Assembly: GCA_008632985.1 (NCBI GenBank)
Contig: QPGO01000022.1
Location: 744,001 to 779,084, forward strand
DNA: 35,084 nucleotides
Origin: Psammoneis japonica
Taxonomy: Eukaryota
Reading direction: 5' to 3'
A model generated the notes under the pieces. It was given only the letters and a program-made list of their open reading frames with translations. It had not been told where the DNA came from and did no database searches. The position numbers were made by a program, and so were the translations under genes. This document shows positions 9,983-20,300 of this stretch, piece by piece. Each line of letters opens with the position of its first letter. The first letter of the stretch is position 1.

Positions 9983-10960
9983 ATGCAGATCTTTCATCTA
10001 GGAGCATGCCTACTACTGTTGTGTACGTTTGGACGTGTCGCTTCTGACTCTTCCTTCCCCTCGTGTCCGACAAACCCTCGACGACCGCAAGCCTATGGAC
10101 GTATCTCGAACGAAGAGTTTCTCCTCACGCCGGAGCAGATCGAAGCCTTCCGACAAGATGGATGTGTGACCGTTCCCGACGTTCTGACTGAGGAAGAAGT
10201 TCACGAGCTAGAAGTAATCTTCGATAAGTTTTTAGATGGCACAATTCCAGTTCCCGGAAAGGATTTCTGTGACATGTCCAAGCCGTTCGGCATTCCACCA
10301 GATCAGTGGTCCATTGTCAATTGCATGCTTCCTACCCGGTACTATCCTCCGATGCAGAACAATGTGTACGAAAAACTGACAGCGTGCATGGCGAGACAGC
10401 TGTTTCCAACTTCAGACATGACGAAAGACTACGATCAACTCCTTAACAAGCGACCGGGGAAGTCGGATGCGGTTTTTGCGTGGCACCAAGACATGGGGTA
10501 TTGGCCAGGCTCAACAGTACTGGGAGTTAAAGAAACTGACACTTGCACGTTCTCACTAGCGATTGACGACTCCGATGAGAAAAACGGTTGCCTAAGGTAT
10601 GTGCCAGGTTCAAATTTGGCCAAAACACTGAGAAGGCATGATCCTCTTGTTGGTAACTCTCGTGATGAAGGACATGCGTTGACCATTCAAGTGGGTGAAG
10701 ACGAAGAGATACGACTGGCGCCAGCCAAGCGAGGAAGTATCACGATTCATGACGAGTACGTTGTGCACGGTAGCAGTGGGAACACCTGCACGAATCGTCA
10801 AAGAAGAACATATGTCCTAGCATTTCGTGCTGGAAAAATCGTAGAGGCGGAACGGAGAATTGGCTTTACGCATTCCCATAACGACGACGTTAATTGGGAT
10901 ACTTTTAATGATGGGGAAGATCACCATCTTAACGATGGGGATACCGAGAAACGAAATTGA
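9983..10960 (+). CDS. Phytanoyl-CoA dioxygenase (PhyH) family Fe(II)/2-oxoglutarate dioxygenase with N-terminal signal peptide
   Basis: Intronless 325-aa ORF. It has the PhyH-like N-motif LTPEQIEAFRQDG, an HxD in WHQD, NGCLRYVPGS, a distal His in VHGSSGN and an RRT 2OG-binding Arg. The N-terminus MQIFHLGACLLLLCTFGRVAS is hydrophobic. Confidence 0.88.
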   Translation: MQIFHLGACLLLLCTFGRVASDSSFPSCPTNPRRPQAYGRISNEEFLLTPEQIEAFRQDGCVTVPDVLTEEEVHELEVIFDKFLDGTIPVPGKDFCDMSKPFGIPPDQWSIVNCMLPTRYYPPMQNNVYEKLTACMARQLFPTSDMTKDYDQLLNKRPGKSDAVFAWHQDMGYWPGSTVLGVKETDTCTFSLAIDDSDEKNGCLRYVPGSNLAKTLRRHDPLVGNSRDEGHALTIQVGEDEEIRLAPAKRGSITIHDEYVVHGSSGNTCTNRQRRTYVLAFRAGKIVEAERRIGFTHSHNDDVNWDTFNDGEDHHLNDGDTEKRN

Positions 10961-11516
10961 CCGTCTACGCAACCTCCACGGCGTACGTTGTCACTGTGAC
11001 GAGAGGTCTCCTCTAACTATATGTGCCATTTTAAGTTGAGTTACTACCCCGACTCTGTTGTCGAAGAGTCCAATCTTGCGTGCTATCTAGTGCTAGTCGA
11101 CCTCCGAGACTCCAGGACGTCGATTGGTAGTTGGTATCTCAGCGTCGCACCACCAACTTCAGAAATCCCGATACCTGAGTAGATCCATCAGTAAGTGGAG
11201 GCGTGTTGAACTGCAAAATAAGTAGGTAAAGCTTGAGCCTCGGAAGAAGCCTTTTCATATTTTGAAATGAAATATCATCAAAACGTCGCGTTTGTTCAGT
11301 GATGACTTGTTCTCCTCTCTAATTGTGTCGTACAGAATCAATCGACGAACCAGAACTTTTCGCATGGTAAATTGGATATTGGTGTTGATGTCGGGTCTTC
11401 AGAGTTTCCATCCGGGAAAGGCAAGGAAGTCTCTGTTGTCAAGCGGTTGAGTCGATCTAAGAAAGAAGCTAGTGGAACAGATAGATACCGGTCAGTAAGA
11501 TCGAATGACGACAATT

Positions 11517-12850
11517 CTATTTTCTATCTGCGTCCAACATGGTCTTCGCAATGTACTCTGCGGTTCTTTCGCACTTTGGAACACCTTCTCCTTGGGCATA
11601 ACATGCTACAACGTTTCGCCACCCTTCCACGCTACCGAGTTCACCCGCCCATTGATAGAGTTCAAACGCTTTGGACTGGTCTTGCTTAATTCCCTCGTGC
11701 TGTCCCCGGTGCAGCATGGCCCCGGCAGATACAGCGGCATCAGCATTTTTCCTTTTCGCAGCTTCCATGAAATCTGACAATGCCATTTGGTAGTCTTGTG
11801 CGTATCCATCCTCGCCATGATAGTAGCAATGGCCGCGAAGGAAGAGGGCGTCTGGGTCTCCAACTGCAGCAGCAACGTCAAGTCGACGCACAAACTCAGC
11901 CGGTGTGCATGGTAAAATACCCAGTTCATCACGCCCATTACGATACAGCAATGCAAGATAATAAAGGGCCCCGCCATGACTAAGGTCGGCAGCCTTCTGC
12001 ACCAGATCAAATCCCTCGCGAACCTGCGAATCCTGATCCGACGTATGACTCGGATCATCGCTAGATAGGAAGTGCACCCCTACAAAGTACATGGCATCTG
12101 GATCGTTAAGTCCTATGGCACGCTCGAATGCTTCCATAGAACCTCTCCTATCTGGATCAACCACGGTGTTGACGTGAACCTCAGGGTGACTATCCGATTG
12201 AGGATACCCCGTCCAAAGCAAGTGCCCCAAGTTGAACCATCCTTCAGCGGCACCACTCTTTCCCGCCATTTCATATAAATGCAACGCTTCTCTCACTAGA
12301 GACTCAACATTTTCCTTATCATTCCCCGATCCTTTTTCGGTTCTTACATTGGCTTCGTCAAGAGCGGTATTTCCGAGGCGGACAAGGGCTTTTCCGTGCC
12401 CGTGTTGGAACGCTGCTTGCTCCATGAGCTCTTTGGCGACCATTCTCAATCTTTTCTCCTCTCCTTGCTCATTCACAAGTTCCTTCTCTCGCTTCGTTTG
12501 CCGAGCGATAGTTTTCACAACAGCCACCCCTTCACTCAGCGATGGTCTTTCTTGCGCTCTTTTCCATGCTTGAAATTGCTCTTCCGACTTTTCCTCCTCT
12601 CTGTCTCTTCGAGTGCCTCTGCCGCCTCTAGAGCATCAAGAGCACGTTTGTAAAAATCATCACCACTTGCTTGGGTTTCATCCAGCTTCGACGATTCTTG
12701 CTCAAAATCAGAACTAACTGAGTACCGCTGTGCAATTTTCATTGGATGAAGTTGTGCTTCCCTCCATCCTGTCCTCGATGATAACTTTCGTGTTGAACTT
12801 GTAAGTACAACATGGAAACGTGTGCACAAGCTCACAGGTGGGAACTTCAT
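11517..12850 (-). CDS. Sel1-like repeat (SLR/TPR) protein, possibly mitochondrial; one apparent frameshift near 12590
   Basis: Multiple SLR motifs: AAEGWFNLGHLLWTG, DPDAMYFVG, HGGALYYLALLYRNG, DPDALFLRGHCYYHGEDG, KAFELYQWAGELG and ACYAQGEGVPK. The 5' ORF 12850-12536 joins the main frame (…KSEEQFQAWKRAQE…) if one base is added, e.g. in the T4 run at 12589-12592. The N-terminus is Arg/Ser/Thr-rich. Confidence 0.82.
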
Positions 12851-13150
12851 GTTTTCGACCTCGTTAAATTCTCACAGCGCAGGGCAGCGCTACATTGCGG
12901 TCCACCCAACCATGCCATGTGCCATGGGCCATGGCGCCAACTCAGACCTCCCCAACCCAGAACCCAGACCAAAGCCAGCGCAATGACGACTCACTCGATT
13001 AAAATGTCTTCTCAGGGCAATAACTGCTCTGCGCAACACCACCGACCTCGAGACCAGGACCGACGGACTGACGCCAATGGCGCAAAGGACGATTGACGAT
13101 ACGAAACTAGAACGCTACACCGACACAGAAACCTCAGAAGAGACAGCGCA

Positions 13151-14648
13151 ATGGCGGAAGTATTTCTTACAGAATTATGGCCGTCTCTATCACAACAAGG
13201 ACGCGACGACGATCCTCAGACGCACCTGAAAAAATTGCGGCGTGAAGTGGACCGAGCACTTTGGGAGAAGAACGATCCGTCGTGCAGTCCTTTTGAAGCT
13301 GCTTGGGCTGCTCATCGGCTGTTACAGGATGACGTCGTTCTACAGCACTTGGAGTGGAGCCGACGATTGGCGTGTTTACTGCTGTTAGAATCGGTAGCCT
13401 GTATGGGAAGCCAGGGACGAGCTGCCGAGGACAGTGCGTTCTTTCCGATGATCGTACATCACTTACTGGAACTGCTCATACCTCGCCCGGCATCGGCGGA
13501 TGATTCTGATGCCGACCGCGTCTGTGTAGAGATATTGCTTGAATGTTACCTTCTCCCAATGCTGGGTGAAGACTTGTACAATAAGTTTTCAAAGCAAGTA
13601 CAACAGGGAGAGAATAACATGGACAACGATGTGATTGCTGAAGTGGAAGAGGTCTTGGAACAGTGGACGGGTATTGACGTGAAGGAAAATTTCATCAACC
13701 CTCTCGATTGGGTCACGTCAAACGACGGGAAGGAGGCCTTCAAACATCTCTTTGAAAGGTCTTCCCTGGAGTCAAAATCAGATTCACTTGCTAAGTCATT
13801 GGAGCCCCACTGTCCTGGTGCTCTCCCTCGAGTCTCTTGCCGAAAACATCTTCGGATCTAGCTACCATTCAATTGAATTCGCGAGAACGAAAGGATCTAC
13901 TCAGATACCTTGAACAAGAACTTGCGTGGGTCTCACCAGCACTACAGAATTATATTTCATCAACCAACGAGGACGAACAGGAGGTTTTGAAACTCCTGTC
14001 GGTAGATTCGTTTGCAGCCCCTCTCTCTCCGGACGAAGAACGCAAGGTACTGGCTGCCCTTGTCGCGAAGGAGCAACAACAAGAGGCTAAATCCTCAGTC
14101 TTGTAAAGAGATCGGGTCTGACCCCTCAGACTTTGCCACAGTTGGTAGAGCACAACCCTCTTGTAGCTTACGAGTGCTTGCTACGGCTTTTGTCAACTTG
14201 TCCAGATGAAGTCAAGAACGAATACTTGTCTGCTCTCGTCGGAATGGACATGAGTTTGCACAGCATGGAGGTTGTCAATCGCCTAGCAACGCAAAATAGC
14301 GATCAAGATGCCCTGCTTCACCAGGAATACATTCACTTGTACATTTCCAACTGCATCGCCAGTTGTGAAAACATTCAAGACCGCCACGCCCAAAATCGAT
14401 TAGTTCGCCTTGTTTGTGTGTTCTTGCAGAGTCTCATTAGGAATCGAATTGTCAGTGTTGAGGTACGTCATAAGTGTTGTGGAATCATCATGTTCTGATT
14501 GTCAGCCTTGTCACACAGTTGTTGAACGCTTACGTTCTTGCATTTTTGTTTCGACCAGGACTTGTACTTTGAAGTTCAATCTTTCTGCATTGAGTTTTCT
14601 CGAGTACGCGAGAGTGCTGCTCTGTACAAACTACTCAAAACAATGTAG
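13151..14648 (+). CDS. CNOT11: CCR4-NOT transcription complex subunit 11; intron 14463-14558; two apparent frameshifts (~13805, ~14090)
   Basis: The conserved C-terminal domain reads [18 protein letters not shown]…[14 protein letters not shown]…[35 protein letters not shown]. After the GT-AG intron it continues [29 protein letters not shown]. Confidence 0.92.
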
Positions 14649-15223
14649 CACTCTGTTGCAGTGACTCTGTTGCAGTGCGGGACGGGAAAGGTCACAAAGC
14701 CTCTAACTGATAGCATGCATACTAAACTAGTATATGAACTGCGAGAAATGTTCGACCGAGAGCCTCTTCTGTCATTTTTCTACAGACAGTTGGTTCTCAC
14801 TCTTAGTTTTCCTGTGATGCCCTGACGGTGGGAATAGACGATGAATTTTAGAGAAATCCCTCACATCCTTGCTCAATGGTTCTTCCCTTCATATGAAATA
14901 TTTGTTCCACACCTTGTCTACGAAACGACGGAGATTACTTGTTTGCTTTAGCTTGGCTATCAATTTTGTACTATGGAAGCATCAAAGAAACTTCTTTATT
15001 CCATAGTAGCCTGAAGCTTTAGCCACTGCAAAGGTACAAGTTGTTTCTGGTTGTTGTCTCCACCTTTAGAGTTGTACCAGAAACGTTGGAGACATGTACT
15101 CCGAAGTATCTATCTACGGTACGAAAGCAGCTAGCTCATTATTGATAATCCTAGGTTTATCTTTGAGCAACAAAATAACTAATCATACGACTACATATGC
15201 CAAGGAAAGCAAAAACAGAAACC

Positions 15224-16694
15224 CTATTTTGTTTTGGCAATGCCACAGTCAAGAATTCGACGAACTCGTTTTAACGCCTCTTCTCCGGCGCAGGCGTCAT
15301 GACGATTGTCGTCGACGGCAGCATGCTTCTGCAGCAGCCTAGATACAATGGTTTTCCATCCAGGATCTGTGGGAGGAGAATCTCCCACATGAAAGCCTTG
15401 TACATAAGGACAGTAGTAGCGATGAGAAGCTTGAGGGTCCATTGCACCCTCCTTCTTATATACGCGTTGTTTCTTCGTTGGTCGCGAAGAGAGTTCGTCT
15501 CTACGGGGATTGGACTGTGAACTTCTCATGGGAAGCGCTTCCGTGCTTTGACCGGTTGTGCGTGGCTGTAACTCGGCGACAGCCAAACAAAGATCACACC
15601 GAACTGAGAGCGTGGGTAATTCTGTCGATTTTCGATTGTCGGCTGATCCAACTGGTAGCCACCCAAATAGCGCCAATAGCGCAAGAAACTTTGACGTTGA
15701 AAAGCCTTTTTCGTCGCCCATTCCCAGAATACTGCATATCCTTCTTAGAGAGGGAAGCTCCGCATGCACGGAATCTTCGACAAGAGTCTTTGGACCAGAT
15801 ACTGAGGATGAGAAGGATTCGAAATGCTTCGGAATTGACACATGTAAACCCTGATCATTATCTCCCTCATCCGAAAGTGCAAGTGAATTTCCAAGTACGG
15901 CTATTCGTTGTTCTAATAGCATCTTCGGGTCGGGAGCTTCCAGAAGTTGCAGAGTTTCTTCTGGTAAAACATTGGCGAAGCACGTCGGAACAGAGGCGCC
16001 TTGCATTGGTATTGCCGGGCATGTCAACAAATATTGTTCTGCGTCAAGCCGAAAGGGGCAGTCCCTTGCGTGAGAGAAACCAAGTCGCTTCTTGTAAGTA
16101 GCACAGAGCGATTCAACGCCTTTCCTGCTCAAGTGAGGAAGGAAGGTCACGGCGACTGATGCATGGCAATCGCAGGTCAACAAGTCAGGACCGGCGTTGC
16201 TATACCTGTGCAAGTGCATACGTTGAACACGCACAAAGTTTGAGTGAGTTCAAAATGAAGTCATGTAGGTCTGTGTGTAGCTTGTACATCCACGAGTCTC
16301 CGGAAAAAAGTACAAGTTTGGTGGGCGCAAGGCCTCGGACCACGAAGTTGAAAGCTTCTACGATGTTGGTGATGTATGAGCGACCGAGGAGCCACGAGAT
16401 AGAGAGGCTACCCAGCACAAACAAACTATTGCATCCCGTTGCGGATCAAGTTCTTCGTGCGTCTGTTTTCACTTACCCAAAGCGAGCAGCGACCAAAGGG
16501 GACAACGTCAACGGCTTGGCGAAGTACCACGATGAACGAAAAGTCCTCAGTCGTTCTTCGTATTTATCCCGACAGCCTTGTAAATCTCGGTTTATCTCCT
16601 TCGTTACTGATTCCCATAGTGACAAAATTTCTTTCTCGGGAGCATGGGGAGCGTCCGATGGGTTAGACTTCTTGGGTGATTCCTCGACGGCCAT
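15224..16694 (-). CDS. NIPA/ZC3HC1 (Rsm1/Pml39-like) C3HC zinc-finger protein; exons 16694-16477 and 16205-15224
   Basis: The spliced product gives the zf-C3HC module ERLRTF..WYFAKPLTLSPLVAARFGY…LLTCDC…HARDCPF. A second module reads LALFGW…VRCDLC…DPQASHRYYCPY. Intron 16476-16206 is GTAAGT…CAG. Confidence 0.82.
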
Positions 16695-16779
16695 GGTGCC
16701 GCTGTAGCCTGTGTCATGGTGGAAGAGGGACAGAGGACAGAACTGTGCGATGGCGATCGATGGACGAACCAAGAGACGA

Positions 16780-17120
16780 GCGCATCGAGCGCGCGATCGA
16801 TAGATAGGTAGATCGAGCGATCGCGACGCTCGCGCGCGAAGATGATTCCCTTCTTACTTCTGGCTTTGCGAGTGATAAAGCGTAAAAAATAATGTATACT
16901 ATGGAATATTAATATTCTATATAAATTTTAAATAGGGCAAGCCCATATAACATTTTGCCGTTGAGAACTTGAGTTCGACATTTTTACTCGTATAATTAGG
17001 GATAATTATCCTTCGTTCTTAATAACGCATACATCATGAAATAAATTAGAATTTGAATACAACTATAAAGTTTTAAAAAGAAAGTTGAGCTCAACGGTCA
17101 AAATTGGATATCTATACGAG
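16780..17120. promoter_or_regulatory. Divergent promoter region: CG-rich quasi-palindrome followed by an AT-rich island
   Basis: It lies between the head-to-head NIPA-like and giant-protein genes. 16780-16840 reads cgagcgcgcgatcga…cgagcgatcgcgacgctcgcgcgcg. 16883-17120 is strongly AT-rich and contains the palindrome gaatattaatattc. Confidence 0.4.
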
Positions 17121-17369
17121 CGATAGTGACTCATTTGAAAGGCTGCTAACAGTTATCCTGTGAAATGATCTTCATTAAGCGCAGGAGATATTTAATAATT
17201 TTCAAATGTTCACGGCGAATTCGAATCAAACTGTGGTCATATTTTGCGGGACCCGGGGTGCTTTTCAACCGCCGCACCTCCAAAACACAAAGACCAGCAA
17301 CTATTCTCACAATAAAAACAACACCATACTTTTTGCCAAGCGCATCGAAGCCTACCGGCATCAGACACC

Positions 17370-20300
17370 ATGCGCTTCGCCTACGCATACCCGCTGATCG
17401 TATGTCTAGCGACGGGAGCTGTAGCCGAATTCGAAGTCGGAAGCCGAGATGCCCAGCATACCGAGCGAAGACGGCTGGGAATGATGGATTTTTTCAGAAA
17501 AGCCGCATCTTGGAAGATACCAGTAGCGGATTTGTTGCGTACGGGTGATAAAGCGGCGATGGATCGCGAGCTTCAACAAGCAACGTGTGCGCCGACACGA
17601 TCACCCACCCTGCATTACTTCTGGCCAACTTCGGCGCCAACTGCGGCGCCAGACGAGCAAGATAGAACCCCAAGCCCTACCGTTGCATGGTCTGATGATG
17701 AAACTCCAAGTCCTACCCCCAACGCCCCTGACATTACTCCAGATCCAACGACCGCCCCAACACCGTCTCCCACTCCGCCACCTACACCGCCAGTTACGCC
17801 GCCGCCGACGCCATCGCCGACGCCATCTCCAACGTTACCACCGACGCCGCCACCGAGCCCGCAACCGTCGCTTCCTCCGACACGGCAGCCGACAATTCCG
17901 GTAACAAAGTCGCCAACGCCGGCTCCGACGTCAGGCCCCACACCACCGCCGACACCTACCCCAACGATGAGTCCTACACCTGCACCAACTCCTGCTCCGA
18001 CTCCGGCACCAAGCGTATCCACTCCAGACACAACCTCGGCGCCGACAAAAACGCCTACCAGTTACCCGTCTCCATCACCTACTTTACCGGTGGAATGCAT
18101 TGTGGATGTAAGTGATATCCAGACATGATCTACTTGAACTATTAATAATGCTCAAACATTCCTGTCCATTTTTTTCAGGTTGAACTGGACTGCGTCTCAA
18201 CAGACGATAACACTCCTTGCGATGAAATTGAACAACCCCCACCCCAATGCGTTGATGGCGGCGACCTCACGGAGTTGATGTTCAGGCTGGACGTGCGCTC
18301 ATGCGCAGACAGCTTCAACTCTCAAGGTACCGATGCCACATGTACAGAAGAGGACGGTCAACCTACTGAAGATGCTGAAATTCTGTGTACGAGCAGTGGC
18401 GGAGACACCCTCTTCTATGGAGAAGTGGAAGGAGGTGATACATTTCTTGTTAAGAAAGACGATGGTAGTGCTCTCCCCGAGAAAATTGATTGCAAAATCG
18501 TTAGCACAGACAGCTCAACTTTACAAAGGGTGTCATTCAAAAGTACTGGGAGCTTGCGTCTCAAAGACGAGTTTGGCAGTATGACGCTGGAGAGCTGCAC
18601 CTCTGATGGGGAAACTTCCGAATGTACTAAAGAGGTCATGTACACGATGACCATCGACAATGTGGGGACAGTGGATGTAAACGTCACAGTCGCAGAGGTC
18701 TATAACAACGGCACCGTTAAGGACTTGATTGATCGTGTTCCCGACACGGAATTATCCCCTGGCGAGTCAACGAGTGTAACTGAAGTCCAAAAGGTTGACT
18801 TTTGTGTTTCAGGTGAACACAAGGTGATAGCTCGCGTCGAAGCTGAACCTGAAGGTGGAAAAGAGTGTGAAGCTAGCGACGAGTACGAGTTTGAAACTAA
18901 CCCGCTTCCAGCTCCGCCGCCAAGTACACCACCATCTCCAATCCCCACGGCTTCTCCTACAGCTGCGCCATCTATTTCAAAACCAGATTCAACATTCGTT
19001 CCTACCAACGGACCTACCCCCCCCCGCCCACGCCAAGTCCTACGTTGATGCCTGAACCGGACAGAGAACCAACAAGCTCTCCGACTATTGCATGGTCAGA
19101 CGATGAGACGCCTCCTCCTACCTTTGATGTGCCTGATCAGACTCCTCAACCTACAGTGGAGCCTGTCGAGTGCTATGTTGACGTAAGTGCTTCGTGCGTT
19201 CACAAAGGTCAAAACAAACGACTTGCTGATACCGCTCTCTTATTGTAATTGTTATCAGGTTGAGTTGGATTGCGTCTCAGTAGACGATGGAACTCCATGT
19301 AAGGAAATTAAGCCATCACTAGGTGAGGGTGATGAAGACGGCGACCTCCTTGAGCTGGGGTTCAGGTTAGATGGACGACTATGCGCGGACAGCGTCAATT
19401 CCCAAGGACCTGATGCCACCTGCACGGAGGAAATCAACGGAATGCCCACCGAAGACGGCGATATTCTTTGTACTGGTAGTGGAGGAGAGATTCTTTTTGA
19501 AGGAACCCTTTCAAGAGGCGATACATTTGTCGTTAAACAAGAAGACGGAAGTGCCCTTCCCAATCAAGTCACCTGTTCTCTAGTGAGCACCAATCAGTTG
19601 ACGTCGCAACAGGTTTCATTGAAAACGACAGGAAGTTTGGTTGTCGATGACCAGTTCGGTAGTCTTACTTTGGTCAGCTACACGCAGGACGAGAATGACG
19701 AGGAACCGTCGGACTGCATCCAAGAGGTCATGTACAATATGACCATAAGTAATGCTGGAACAATCGATGTGAACGTTACTGTTGCCGAGATAGACAAGAA
19801 TGGAAACGTGACGGACTTACTTGATCGAGTTCCGGACAAAGATTTATCACCTGGCGAGTCTACGAGTGTCACGGAGGTCCAAACTATTGATTTCTGTGTT
19901 TCGGGGTCATACAAGGCTGTTGCTCGTGTCGAAGCAGAGCCTGACGACGGTGACGAATGCGAAGCTACAGACGAGTACGAATTTGAAACCACCCCACTTC
20001 CCACTGCGCCACCGAGCCTATCACCGCCACCGTCACCTGGCCCAACGTCTCCCCCAACTGCAGCACCAACAATGCCGCAACCTGACAAGACGCCGCCTCC
20101 TAGTGGTGGTCCGACGTCTCCTCCGACTCTCAGTCCAACTTGTGAGCACGACACCCCAAGTCCGACCCCAGTAGACAATCCTGATGGAACCCCGAGCCCA
20201 ACTTTGCCACCACCAACACCGACGCCTCCTCCAGTTGTAGGACCGACGCCACCAACCACGAGTCCAACGATGCCGCCACCGACACCAACGCCCCCCCTGT

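Noticed and set aside
11517..14648. Sel1 and CNOT11 as pseudogenes
   Set aside because: The coding sequence is otherwise intact with conserved motifs and splice sites. Each break can be repaired by one base at a homopolymer, typical of sequencing error.
14650..14677. 14-bp tandem duplication actctgttgcagtg x2 after the CNOT11 stop
   Set aside because: Simple slippage duplication in a 3' UTR with no further support for function.
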